Shown here: positions 20,463-37,790 of the stretch, piece after piece | Numbering within the stretch: the stretch's first letter is position 1 | Layout of the letters: the number at the start of each line of letters is the position of its first letter | NCBI RefSeq assembly: GCF_009914755.1 | Contig: NC_060936.1 | Length of the DNA stretch: 64,000 nucleotides | Origin: the human T2T-CHM13v2.0 reference genome, Homo sapiens | Strand: one strand, 5' to 3' | Translations under genes and position numbers: made by a program | The notes under the pieces: model-generated | Told to the model about the DNA's origin: nothing | The model's database searches: none | The model's input: only the letters and a program-made list of their open reading frames with translations

Positions 20463-22564
20463 TTAATAATGCATGTAAATTCTCCACCACCTTGGGAAAT
20501 GGTGTTGGCTGAAAATTACATGTGCCCTGATAACATATGCTTTAACAGAGTACCTGGTGAGTGGAATGAGAATGTGGTGGTTTGCATGAGTAACTTTGCA
20601 TTTCTGAACTGTTTTTCAATGCCTCCATTCATATTGGTAATTGAGGTCATTGGGTTAGTAAGGCAAGCAATCAGTGGCAGGAAAGCATTTTCAGGCACAT
20701 AGTAGGTAACTCAAGTAAAGAGTGAAACCCTTCCAAATGATTAAAAGAATTAAAAAAAAAAAAAAAAAGAGTGAAGTCCTGGGCACAGCTGTTAGAAATC
20801 TAGACAGCTGGCCAGGCTTAGTGGCTCACACCTGTAATCCTAGCACTTGGGAGGCCGAGGCAGGTGGATCACTTGAGGTCAGGAGTTCGAGACCAGCCTG
20901 GCCAACATACTGAAATCCCTGTCTCTACTAAAAATAAAAAATTAGCTGGGCACAGTGGCGGGTGCCTGTAATCCCAGCTACTGGGGAGGCTGAGGCAGAA
21001 GAGTCAGTTGAACCCGAGAGGCGGAGGTTGCAGTGAGCTGAGATTGCGCCACTGCATGCGCCACTGCACTCCAGCCTGGGTGACAAGAGCAAGACTTTGT
21101 ATCAAAAAGAAAAAAAAGAAATGTAGACAGTTGCATGACAGTTCTAGTATTAATAACATTTATCATCAGTGCTCTTGTTCTTGATGTATACTGATCACCA
21201 GGTGATGTCCACTGTTTACCAGAGGAATATCAGACTCTGGAAACATAACGGTAAGAAGCAAAGGAGAGGGGGCAGGTGATTTGTGGAGGATGCTCCAGCT
21301 GCCTTTCCCTGTTCTAGAGGAAGGGCAGCTCTAGATGCAGCCCTTGCCCTACGTGAAAGTGCGGGAACACTCCCTGAGAGGCAGGAGTGCTGGTTTCTCG
21401 AAGCTGTCATGGTCTCTGTGTTGGTGGTTATGCCTCTTTAGAGGTCTCCTGGAGGAGTGTCCTCATTGAAACTTTCCCTTTAGGCCATCAGGCCTTGGAG
21501 ACAGGGTTGGCATTTTACACATCTTTAATCCCTGCATGAGATTCACATTTCTTCTTAGGTCAGGGGATGCTGAAGCCTTGGTAAGCTGCAGCCTTTGTCA
21601 GTAGTTTTTTTTTTCCCCCACAATTATTCAGGGGGAACCAATGAACTCCATGAGGGTGGGGATTACATCTGTCTACTGTTGTATCTCCAGCACTTAGAAT
21701 GGTGCTTGGCACCTAAAGGATGCTCAAGTTGTTGAAGGAATTAATATTCCCTCTTTCAACAGCTGAGTGTCATAGCTTGGGTCTAGCCCTGCACAGTCAA
21801 GGAAAAATAAATCTGACTGGATTAGGACCTCCAATATCTGGGAAGGATCTGGAGCTGGTCTGCTGAAATGAGCTTAGGGAAAAGTTCAGAGGTACTTTCC
21901 CTCTTCTCACTTCCTCACTCCGCAATTTATGTGTCCAGTTTGATTGAATGGGATTCTTCTTAGGTGCCTACTAGGATGTGAGTCTCACCATTAACCTAGC
22001 CCATTTGGTGATGAACCAGATTTTCTGCATAGCTCCTTTTAGCCTTCTCTTTTCTTCCCAGTGGAGTTGGCCTCAGTGCCCGGAAGCCACAGCTTTGTCC
22101 TGTGTCCTGGCTATCCCTGAATCCACAATGGTACCATAATTTTGACAGCAAGTTTCACCAGTACCCATAGACTCCTATGCTGAGGTTCCTGTCTATCAGA
22201 ATGGATTCCTTAGCTTTGGACTTTTAAATTTTAAGATAATCTCTTCACTTTGGGCATTGCGTCTATTACCAATATGTTTTCTTAGTCCCAGCTTGTCTGT
22301 TCTAGGCTTACTTCCGCCTCCCTGCTAGCTCACTGTTTAATTCCCAGCAGATCTGGAGGCTGGGGCTATGTATGGTTTTGAGAAAGGCTCCTCTGCTTGG
22401 CACTTCACAAGGACTTCCAGTAATGAGTGGCAAAAAGATAGCGTGACTCTGTTGCTTCAATTTACTCTTATCTGTCCACCTTTTTGGAGTGGGAGTCTGT
22501 CATGACTTTCCCTTTCTAAACCACAAAGCTAACATAATATTTCACTTTATTTATTTATTTTTAA

Positions 22565-22834
<270 letters not shown>

Positions 22835-23205
22835 TGAGATTACAGGCATGAGCCACTGTGCCTGGCCTAACATGGCATTTTAAAAAATCATAGTGTTCCT
22901 GTGATCTTATTCCCTTGACTAATAATTTATTTAGAGTGGATACATGATCCAGTCTGGCAAATGAGATGGAAGTGGAGCTGACTTGAGAGGGATTCCTTTC
23001 CCGAAAAACACACAAAAGCACCAGAGAAAAAAGCTTTCCCCCTCCCCTTTTTCACCAGCTTGAACGGGGGGCATTCCTGGAGCAGCAGGAGCGGCCCCTT
23101 CGAAATCTTGAGATGGCACACATGAGGACAAATGCCAATATGCCAAGCACAGCAGGGTGGGAAGAAATCTGAATCCCTGATGGCATCATTTTGCAGTTGA
23201 ACTGA

Positions 23206-23475
<270 letters not shown>

Positions 23476-24046
23476 TAATTTTCTTCTTTTAACACATCAG
23501 TCTGGTCTTATTTCTAGGCTTTATCTCATACGACACTTACTGTGTCCTCACATGCACATACTCCTGGCCCCAACCTCTCTCAGAATTTTATTTTTCCTAG
23601 TGTCCTAGCTTTGAGCTGTCTACTTGTTCTTGCCCACCACTGGATGTTCAGCTGCACTTTTCTCTAAAAGGTTTGGTACTCCACTCCAAAAAAAATTGTA
23701 TTTTTAAAATATAGGAAACGATGATATATGGAGGACCTACTATGTGCCAGGCACCACACCACATATGTTACAGACATTACCTCATTCGATCTTCACAATC
23801 AGCCCAATGTGGTAGGTATTAGCCTCCTCCTCCACCATCCTTTTATAGCAGAGGAAACATAAGCACAGTAATGTTAGAGAGCTTGCGTAAGGCCTCTCAG
23901 CCAGCAATTAGTAGAGCCAGTTTTCATATCCAGGTCTATTGAATTCCCCAAAATGCTCTTGCAATTCAGGGAGCAGGCTTGTATTTGTCAGGTTCTTAAT
24001 TCCAAGCAAAGTAATGCAATCTAGCCAATTTAAGCAGAAAGGGATT

Positions 24047-25045
24047 TGTCTTAGTCCATTCTGTGCTGCTATAACAGAATACCACAGACTGGGTAACTTA
24101 TGAGGAACAGAAATCTATTCTCTCACGGTTCTGGAGCCTAGGACATTCAAGATAAAGGCACCAATGGTTGAGTCTCTGGTTCCATGATGATGCCTTGTTG
24201 CTGCATCCTCCAGAGAAGAGGAACGCTGAGTCCTCATGTGGCAGAAGTGCAGGAGAGAGAGAACACACTCCTGCAAGCTTGTTTTATGGCAAAGTTAATC
24301 CATTCACCAGGGCAGAGCCCTCATGATTTAACCACCTCTCATTAGGCCCCGCCTCCCAACACTGTTGCATTGGGGATTAAGTTTCAACATGAATTTTGGA
24401 GGGGACACAAACATTCAAACCATAGCATTCCGCCCCCCATCCTCCCAAAATATCCTTCTCACATGCAAAATGCATTCATTCCATGCCAGTAGCCCCAAAT
24501 GTCCTAACTTGTTTCATCATCTACTCAAAAGTCCAGAGTCTCTTGTTACACGGATATGGTTGAGACTCAAGGCATGATTTAACCTGAGGCAAATTCCCCT
24601 CTAGCTCATACCTGTGAAATTAAACAAGTCACATGTTTCCAAAATACAATGGAGACAGGCATGGGATAGACACACTTCTTCCAAAAGTGAGAAATAGGAA
24701 AGAAGAAAGGGATAACAAGTCCCAAGTAAAAGCCCAAAACCCAACGGGACCAACAACATTAGATTTTAAGGCCTGAGAGCCATCTTCTTTGACTCCATGA
24801 CAGACCATCTGGACACAATGGGTGAGGGTTGGACTCTCAAAGCTCCTGGTGGCCCTACCCCCATGGCTTTGCTGGGTGCAGCTGTCATGGGTTGGAGTCT
24901 TGTGTCTGTGGCTCTCCCAGGCTAGTGTTGCATGCTAATGGCTCTACAGTTCTGATGTCTTAGGAGTGGCCCTGACCCACGACTTTACTAAGCAATGCCC
25001 TATTTGGGTATCTTTGCAGTGACCCCCAATCCCACAGTTCCACTG
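24047..25045 (-). mobile_element. MST-type MaLR LTR (24047-24427) with adjoining MST internal sequence
   Basis: tgtcttagtccattctgtgctgctataacagaatacc ... acattcaaaccatagca, followed by ttccgccccc..tccttctcacatgcaaaat MaLR-int sequence. Confidence 0.8.
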
Positions 25046-25456
25046 GGCAAGGGGATTTAGAAAACAGAGTTCCGAGTTTTCCGGTATCCAGAGTGCAGGA
25101 TGGAAAGGGAGATGGGGCCAATAGCGGGATCCGCCAAGGCCTCCTTGAGGAAGGCTCTTTCTTTACAGAAGAGCTGCGCATTCAGTTACTACTGTAAGGC
25201 AGAGAGTTTAGATTGCAATTCAGCAGCATCTCCAAAAAACTCGTAGTGCTAGAATGGCTTTGAGGTGGAATTTTGGAAATGAGGACCATGATGAATGAAT
25301 GATGGAAATGGTGACTCCTTGCCATAGTTAAGCTGTTGTCCTTAACATTTCTTTTAGGTAGCACAGTATATAAGCTTACATTAAAATATTCACGGCCAGG
25401 TGCGGTGGCTCACACCTGTAATCCCAGCACTTTGGGAGGCCGAGGCAGGCGGATCA

Positions 25457-25723
<267 letters not shown>

Positions 25724-27399
25724 TCAAGTACTTTGTTAATTTTTTTTTTTTTTTACCTATTCTAAGTTTCCTTCTGGAGGAATATGGCCAAATGAAACTT
25801 TCCTTGTCTTTTTTTTTTTTTTTTTTCCAGAGACAGGGTCTTGCTCTGCGGCCCAGGCTGGAGTGCAATGGCGTGATTACAGCTCTCTGCAGCCTGGACC
25901 TCCCAGGCTCAGGTGATCCTTTCATTTCAGCCTCCTGAGTAGCTGGGGCTATAGGCATACACCACCACGCTCGCTAATTTTTTATCTTCATTTTTTGCAG
26001 AGACAGAGTCTCCCTATGTTGCCCAGGCTTGTCGCAAACTCCTGGGCTCAAACGATCTTCTGGCCTCAGCCTCCCGGTGTCAGGATTACTGGCATAAGCC
26101 ATGGCACTTGGCCTCCTTCTCTTTCTACATGAGTGTATGAAAAACACTCAACCTGTGGGACATCTCTTCTATGTTGCTGTGATCTTATAAGAGATGTTAA
26201 ATAAAGGGACTTCTAACTAGTTATGAGAAGTCTTATTGAACTGAAAGGATGGGGAAATGCTTTCAAACAGTTACCAAATTCCTCACCTGAGTAATGGGCA
26301 TATTTTAACACCTTAAGAAAAACCCCGTAAGTTTCTTAGTTGATTATTCTGTGCTAAACTGTTAGATTTTTTTTTCTCTTAAGGTCAATGTTCATTATTT
26401 TAGTACCACCAGCTAAGATGACAGTTTGTCCCATAGGCTGTCAAGGACATTGACAAGTAACAAGGATATTGCTTTTCTTGAAAGATTCTGGAGAGCTTTT
26501 CACCCCCACTCACCTGACAGCACAGAATGTCAATCCACTGGCAGGGAGTCTCCGAGTGGCAGACGGAAGGTTTCCTGCTCCTGCCAGAAACCAAATACCA
26601 GAGTGAAGTCCTCTCTGAATTCCACACCCACCCTGTTCATTCATTTTCAGAGCCTGTTTTTCCTTTGACAACATTTCTCAGAGAGAACTGTGACAAGTGT
26701 ACAAATGAACTGTCTATCTCTATTTCGCAGTACAGCAATATGTCTACTCTCTGAAATCTTCAAACATAGCAGATTCTAGTCCATTTTCTTGATGTATTCA
26801 TTAGTAGCTACACTGGAGGTTACTGAATCCAATTTTCATTAGTGAATGTCCCCAAAGATGACATGTGCCTCTCTTTGCAAAATTGCCTGGTTTTCATAAA
26901 CTTGACTACGAAGTTACTTTAAACGGAATCATGCTTTTCTTATTAACATCATCTTATAGGGATTTCATGCTCATAAAAAAAAGGGTCTCAACAGGTAAGT
27001 TAAAACACTCAAGAGGATGTAGAAAATTAAGAAAAACTTTTAAAGGAAAAAGGGAACATCAGTAATAAAAATTTTAGCACATTTCAGCTAACACTGACAC
27101 CAAATTCAGCTTTTGCTTTGGACTAAAATAATGTTATTTGAATATCAGAGGCCTAGTTAGTAGGCAACCCTTTAAAAATCTCAGGTCTATTGCCTTTAGC
27201 TGTTTGCTGAAAAGGAGTTTTTGTTTGTTTGTTTGTTTTGTTTTGGCTGTTTGTTCATCAATTTGGTTTATTTTGTTAAAGATTTCTTTCCATACTATAC
27301 ACCCTGCAACTTTCAGATATTTCAGAATACCTGATAGATAAAATGTTCAACCGCTATCTTTTCTGAGTTTTATGCCATTGTTGGTGACTCTGGGACTGA

Positions 27400-27727
<328 letters not shown>

Positions 27728-28909
27728 TGAGAAGCCCCAGTCTGAGCTCAGAGATGACCTCTGGTTAAAATGAGGGACTTGGTTTATATCTTTTTTTTTT
27801 TTTTGAGATGGAGTCTTGCTCTGTCACCCAGGCTAGAGTACAGTGGCACAATCTCGGCTTATTGCAACCTCTGCTTCCTGGGTTTGAGAGATTCTTCTGC
27901 CTCAGCCTCCCCAAGTAGCTGGGATTACAGGTGCCCACCACCACACCCGGCTAATTTTTGTATTTTTAGTAGAGATAGGGTTTCACCATGTTGGCCAGGC
28001 TGGTCTCGAACTCCTGACCTCAAATGATCTGCCCACCTCAGCCTTCCAGTGCTGGGATTACAGGCGTGAGCCACTGCGCCTGGCCAGGGCTTGGTTTTTA
28101 TCTAACTCTGTAGAAGATGCCCCAGGAAGAGCAGAGAACTCTATAAAAGACAAACTTGGGTTTGGATTCTGGCTCTTCTGGTAATATATCTTAACTTTAT
28201 GGGCACCAATTTTGTCATCTCTAAAATAGGGATAATGCTTCAGAGTTGTGTAGTATGAAGTCGAAAAATATTGAGGCCGGGTGTGGTGGTGCACACTCCT
28301 CTAGTCCCAGTGACTCAGGAGGCTGAGGAAGGAGGATTGGTTGAGCCCAGGAGTTTGAGGCTGCAATGAGCTATGATTGCACCACTATGTTCTAACCTGG
28401 GTGACAGAGAGAGACCCTGTCTCTAAAAAAGCAAAACTGAAAAAACCTACAAAAATATTTAATATGTACAGTTTCTGATAGACACTAACTCTCTTTTCCA
28501 ATTTCCTAAGAAACAATGCTCAGTACTTGTGGTGGTTGCCTAAAGTTGTAGAGGTGAAAACTTTGTTTTCATTTCCATTTAGGTCTTTTTTTTTTTTCAA
28601 AAATTTTTTTAAATAGAGACAGTCTCACTATGTTGCCTAGGCTGGTCTCAAACTCCTGGGCTCAAGTGATCCTCCCACCCTGGTCTCTCAAAGTGTTGGG
28701 ATTACAGGCATGAACCACTGTGCCTGGCTGACTCTTGTTTTTATAAACATTATATGTCAAGATTTACACTTGCAATGAATCTCATTATCCCACTGTATTT
28801 CTTTTCTTGTGGTGATCCCCAAAACAACAACAAAATCCTGCCCAGTCTCTACATATTTTTGACCAAATATATATATATTTTTGAGACGGAGTCTCACTCT
28901 GTCGCCTAG

Positions 28910-29044
<135 letters not shown>

Positions 29045-29372
29045 TAGAAGAGACGGGGTTTCACCGTGTTAGCCAAGATGGTCTTGATCTCCTGACCTCA
29101 TGATCCTCCCGCCTCGGCCTCCCAAAGTGTTAGGATTACAGGCATGAGCCACCGCACCCGGCCATTTTTGACCAAATATTATAGGCGCTTTAAGATATAC
29201 TACAAACACTAAGCAATTTGCTGTGTTTTTTAAATGTTACTTTTTCCCTACATAAAATGTTGAAATTCATCAAAATTCGGCCAGATGTGGTGGCTCACGC
29301 CTGTAATCCCAGCACTTTGGGAGGGTGAGGTGGGCGGATCACGAGGTCAGGAGATGGAGACGATTCTGGCTA

Positions 29373-29579
<207 letters not shown>

Positions 29580-31115
29580 TCATCAAAATTCTAACACTTA
29601 AAATGCTTCCATGACTATCATTGTATCCCAACTTTGTTTTTGGTCTGGATAGAAGCCACAGTGATGACTCAGTTCATTCCATGCGCCTTGAATCTATTTT
29701 GCTAAAATAGACAACAGCTGAGCCATATTTATGTCCTAATCTAATGAACCAACAGTGCAAAAAATAACGCTTTAAATCTGCTTCCTTTTTTGAGAAAGAA
29801 ATTCACTTAAAATACAATTTCCTTTTATATTCCTCCAAAGCCTGAGCTGTATGATTTTTTGTGTGTGCTTCCTAAAAAACTTTATCTCTAGAGGTAAATG
29901 CTGAGTTTTGAAAAAGTTTAGAGCTTTTGCTAAATAGACTGAAGACTTGCTTTCAAATCTAGAGTTTGATGATTTAAACAAGGTTCACCAGGCGTGGTGG
30001 CTCACACCTGTAATCCTAGCACTTTGGGAGGCTGAGAAAAGAGAATCACTTGAGCCCAGGAATTCAAGACCAGCCTGGAGAACATAGTAACACCCTGTAT
30101 CTACAAAAAAATAAACAAAATTAGCCAGGTGTGATGGCACATGAGGTTGGAGGATCACTTGAGCCTAGGAGGTCAAGGCTGCAGTGAGCCATGATCATTC
30201 CACTGAACTCCAGCTTGGGTGATAGAGTGAGACCCTGTCTCAAAAACAAAACAAAAGACAAGGTTAACTTTTTCATCATCTGTAAAGTGGAGATGACTTC
30301 AATGTCACATTCCTGGGTTTATGTTTGCATAACTGAAGAGCTAAGAGCAGAAAGGAGCTCTTCAAGTTTGGAAGGAACGGAGGATGAGAATTCCTTCTTA
30401 AGCTGGTGCAGAATACTGATCTGCTCCCAGATAATACCCTGGAGGTGGCAGTGTTTCCAGTGGGGACGGTCGTGGTTAGCTGTACACTGTGCTCGGAGTG
30501 CTATGTTGTGGAACTGCAGGGAGGCCCCAGACTTACAGATCCTTTATCCTCTACCCGACAGGTGTAGCTGGTGGGGATGGACTGAGTCGGGGGAGGAGGC
30601 TCCTGAAGAGCAGCTAATTCTTGCCTTTTGCTTGATTGTGGTCTAAGGACATGGAAGGACAGTGATCTGATGATGGAACACCGCATAAGGTATTTGTTGG
30701 TGCATTTTTTTCTTAATACTAGGTGTTTTGAGATAATGCCACTTGCTCCGTCTCTTAATATTCTCCGTGTGGATTGGACATGTTGCCTGACTGTTAATGA
30801 CAGCCATTGGGCCTCATTTCTTGATTGGGTGAAGCTAAATTATCAAAGGTCCCAAGCATGAAGATTTTGGTCTGTTTCTACTTCTCTGTCTTCCCAGTCC
30901 AATGAAGGTGGCCACTAGGGTTATGTGTCGGCTCTGCAGTACCAAGCTTGCCCTCACGTGAGGTGTTCTGAGGATAGGAATAGTAAACTGGAGGATAGGG
31001 AGTTAGCACCATCATTGGGTCTTTCATACAGAGCTTCATCTTTCAAATTACCCTTTATTAGTAATAAAAGCAATATTTGAACCTCCATTTCCTTTATTCC
31101 TTTGGATTATTTTTC

Positions 31116-31291
31116 TTTTCTTTTTTTTCTTTTTTTCTTTGCAGTTGCAAAATTTAATAGAGTGAAAACAGAGCTCCCATAAAATGGGAGGGGACCCAAA
31201 GGAGGTTGCCGCTCCCTGCTTGAATGTCTGGGTTTATATCCCGATCATTGTCCCTCCCCCTGTGCTCTCAGGCGATATATGATTTGGCTAT
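31116..31291 (-). mobile_element. Polyadenylated, 5'-truncated ERV1 LTR RNA copy (LTR17/HERV-W or related LTR30, U3-R end)
   Basis: Minus strand reads ...gggacaatgatcgggatataaaccc...tttgggtcccctccc...ctctATTAAAttttgcaactgc followed by an A-rich tail, with no U5. 19-bp TSD ttcctttggatt(a/g)tttttc at 31097-31115 and 31292-31310. Confidence 0.8.
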
Positions 31292-31876
31292 TTCCTTTGG
31301 ATTGTTTTTCAATGGGCCCTGAACCCAGGTGGGAAGAGAGGCACTATTTTTTCTTTTTTTTTTTTTTCTGATACGGAGTCTCGCTCTGTCACCCAGGCTG
31401 GAGTGCAGTGGTGCTATTCTGGCTCACTGCAAGCTCCGCCTCCCGGGCTCATGTGAGAGGCACTACTTATAGGCCCCTCTCAAAGACTTGACTAAGAGCC
31501 ACCAGGTGGAAGAGTCAACACTACCAAAATACCACAACCTTTACACAAAGGAGGAAGAGTGAAATGAATATTGAACATAGTTGTTAACTGACATAACATC
31601 ATTTGAACTTACCTAAATGTTAGGTTTTTTTATTATTATTATTTTATTTTTTATTTTTATTTTTTTGAGATGGAGTCTCGCTGTGTCACCCAGGCTGGAG
31701 TGCAGTGGCGTCATCTCGGCTCACTGGAAGCTCGGCCTCCTGCGTTCACGCCATTCTGCCTCAGCCTCCCGAGTAGCTGGGACTACAGGCACCTGTCACC
31801 ATGTCCGGCTAATTTTTTGTATTTTTAGTAGAGACGGGGTTTCACCGTGTTAGCCAGGATGGTCTCGATCTCCTGA

Positions 31877-32263
<387 letters not shown>

Positions 32264-32673
32264 TAACGCATATTGCCTTTAGTTAGAAGTGGGTCACAGT
32301 TAGCTACTCCCCACCCCTGAGTACCCGGTTATAATGAAAGCAAGGTTTCGACAAAATTAGGCCACCCATATATATTTGTATAGAGCATGCGCTTATCAGC
32401 AAGCAAGCACACAACAGTTCGTACAACCTGCTCATTTTTTTTTTTTTTTTTGAGATGGAGTCTTTCTCTGTCACCCAAGCTGTAGTACAGTGGTGCGATC
32501 TCGGCTCACTGCAACCTCTGCCTCCTGGGTTCAGGTGATTCTCCTGCCTCAGCATCCTGTGTAGCTGGGATTAAAGGCGTCTGCCACCATGCCCAGCTAA
32601 TTTTTGTATTTTTAGTAGAGACGAGGTTTCACCACGTTGGTCAGGCTGATCTCGAACTCTCGACCTCAGGTGA

Positions 32674-32964
<291 letters not shown>

Positions 32965-33956
32965 TGATCTGCCTGACTTGGCCTCCCAAAGTGCTGTGAT
33001 TACAGGTGTGAGCCACCACGTCTGGCCTACCACTACCAATTTTAACACTGGAAACTCATTTCTAACATAATGATGCTAACTTTATTTTATTTTATTTTTT
33101 TGAGACAGGGCCTTTCTCTGTCGCCCCGGCTGGAGTGCAGTGGCATGATCACAGCTCATGCAGCCTCAACCCTCTAGGCTTAAGCAATCTTCCCATCTCA
33201 GCTTCCTGAGTAGCTGGGACTACAGGCATGCACCACCATTTCTGGCTAATTTTTTAATTTTTTGTAGAGACAGGGTCTCCCTGTGTTGCCCAGGCTAGTC
33301 ATGAACACCTGGGCTCAGTGATCCCTCTTCTCAGCCTCCAAAAGTGCTGGGATTACAGGTGTGAGCCACTGCTGCTGGCCCATGCTAACTTTAAAAGTCT
33401 CAGGTGCTCATTAAAGAGAAAGCACTTGTAGCAGCTGCCCCAAGACTGGGCTTTCTGATTAGCATGCTGGGTGGCTTCCTGACGGTAGAGGGGAATCCCT
33501 AAGAAGGACATTTGACCCACCCACACCCGCATATTGCAAAACACACAGCTTCTGAAATGGTAAATGGCTGGCTCAATATCTTTGCAGTCCCAGTTATAAA
33601 GGCTCATCACCTTTTCCATGCCAGTATATAGAGGAGAAACACAATAACAAGTTTCTTATTTCCATACGTATTTGAACTCCAATGTGAAGAAGGTGTAACA
33701 TTTATAAAACAACTACATATTTTCTATTCATGATTTGATCATCTATTTTGTTACTCTTTTTGCCTTCCCTTTCAATGTTTGAACATATTCCTTATTATAA
33801 GTTCAGTTGAATGATTCGGGATTGACCTATTTCCCCTCTCCTGCTCCCATCTTTTGTAATTTTTCCTAAGGCCAACTGGTGGCCATAGTTCAATTTCCCA
33901 CTGTAGGCTAGGTTGACTCTTATCATTACTATAAGATGATCCACCTTATTACTATA

Positions 33957-34084
33957 AGGTGATCTGCCTGCTTTGGCCTCCCAAAGTGTTGGGATTATAG
34001 GCGTGAGCCACTGAGCCCAGTCAGGTTATTTTTTTGATCGATAATGCATATTGCCTTTAGTTAGAAGTAGGTCACAGTTGGCTA
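33957..34084 (+). repeat. 128-bp local duplication of 32179-32306
   Basis: Alu end plus 64 bp of unique flank, with 3 mismatches in the unique part. Confidence 0.9.
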
Positions 34085-34257
34085 TAGTTAGTTACTATAA
34101 CTGTCATTCCACAGGATCCTCCTAACTCAACTTATTCTGTGTCCTGTTTTTTCAAAAAAATCACAGAATTTTGCACAGGCTTTGAACATGTTAACCCATG
34201 TCTTCAAAAATGAATGAATCTACAAGAACCCAAGCCATGCACTGGCGAGCTCAATGA

Positions 34258-34763
<506 letters not shown>

Positions 34764-36667
34764 CTAGGCTGTATATATATTTGGAAAGGTTGCTAAGAGA
34801 GCATTCTCTTTAGGGCAAAAGGTCAAAGTAAGTGTAGCTTGACACCGACACCTTCCTGGTGACCCGAGTTTCTTCTGCCCACCTCCCTTGTTTTCTGTGA
34901 GGAGTCCTTCTGAGCTCATACGCCTGGTCTTATGGAAGGAAGTGGCTTTGAGTGCACCTCTACCTGTCTATACTCAGCCAGAGCTGAAGGGTGGAACAGG
35001 TATATCACGGAGAATATTTTCCACGTAACAAGATGGGTAATAAATGCATCAGTCTTGCCTTAGCCACATGCGAGATGGAGCCAGCCTCACTCACTTATCT
35101 CATCAGAATTTGGCCCATCACATTCATGTAAACAATTAAGAGGGGCCAGGATTTCTTCAGTTTTGTCTTGGGGGTGAGTAATAGAATCTCTGGTCCTGAG
35201 GTGAAAAAGTGATTTTTAAAAATTAGTTGGTTATGTCGTGATATGAGTTATCCCCCAGCCCACCCTGTCCACATTGCTCAACCAGATTTCTTCCCTTGGG
35301 GCCCTGCACGTTCAGCTTCACGATATCCTCCCATAGTCTGGAAAGCCCGTCCCTCATGCCCTTGGTATTTCATGTTTTGTGTAGCAATTGCTTCAGTTGT
35401 CCATTCCAATTTTTCAGTTGTACTAAATGCTTCAGGAGTGATGTTTAGAAACATGAAAAAAAATCACCAACTCTGTTTTTTTTTTCACGTGGCTCATTTG
35501 CATCGCGTATGCCTTAAAATGCATTCATTAGCTTGTTGCTTTATAAGTTGGAGGTCCATTTTGGAGGCAATCCAGGGTTTCTAGTCTTTTTATGCTTTTG
35601 TGCTCTTGATGTGACTGAGGGCAGACAAGGCTTAAACCAGAATCATTGTCAAAACCAATTAAGAAAAGCCTCCAAAGTCTCCCAATGCAATGGAAAAAGC
35701 CAGATGGAACTGACATGCCAGTTATGCCCCAGGCTATACCCTCACAGGATGTGGCCACTGACCAAAGGGAATTGTTCCTGTTGTGTCTTAATTGAGCTCA
35801 CAGTGCATGGCTTGGCTCCTGCAGATCTGCTCATTCTGAGGACCTGGGCTGCCACCTTCAAAGTCTGCACAGTTTATTGTTCCAGCCACCAGCACTCTCT
35901 CTTTGGGCTGTGACTGGTCGACAGCGACGTGACCAAACCATTCTTGAATCATGCTAGCAGGCCTTTATGTGAGCAGTGTGAGCAGGGCCTACCTGAAAGA
36001 GCTGATAGAGCTGTTGATGGCACTAAATGAGACAATGTGTATATAGTTCTTAGCACAGAGCCTGGAACACCAGAGTTGTTCAGTAAGTGATCTGTGATTA
36101 TCTTAGAACACACATCCCCACTTCACAACTTGGTTCCAATATCACCTGTTCTGTGAAACCTCACTGACAACACTCACTAGCAGAGGTAATGAAAAATCAT
36201 AGGAGTTGCTTCAACTTTTCACCTTACAAAGATCTTTCACCTCCGTCATCTCACTTGATTTCTGTGACTGCCCTGTGAAGTTAGTATTATTATTATTCTC
36301 ATGTGACAGATGGTGAAACCGAAGCCCAGTGGGGTTAAGTGACTTTACCATGGCCACATGGGACATGAATCTAAGTCTTGTGACTACTAGTCCACTGTTT
36401 TATCCATTATAGCATTTTGGTAGAGAACGTGACTTATAATTCGTAGACACTCAGTGAGGATAGGAGGAAGTAGTAGAAAGTGGAGTGAGAGAGGAATACC
36501 TGGCCTAGGAAAGACAGTTCAGAGTTGACAAACATCGTTTATCAGCTGTAAGGCCTCACGTAAGGTGTATAACTTCTCTGTGCCTTCATTTCCTCACCAT
36601 AAAATGGGAATAATAATAATAATATTTTATTATTACCCTTAGTATCCTGGGGCCTGGGGTGTTGTAA

Positions 36668-37060
<393 letters not shown>

Positions 37061-37313
37061 TAAGTTAGAGAAAAGCACAATGGAATCAACCTTCAAGTTT
37101 GTTTACCAAATTAAAACCAAGAGTTTGTAACTGTGTTCTCCTCAGTCACCCAGAAACTCTAGTAGCACATTAAAGAAGTTGTATATAAGGCTTGTGTCGC
37201 TCTGTCCAGCATGTGATCATGGGCTGCCCACAGTATATTTTGGTACTCAGTATCCTCATGAAAATAGGCTGAGATACCCAGGGTCCTTATTAGGAGAAAT
37301 CAGAATACTATTA

Positions 37314-37790
<477 letters not shown>

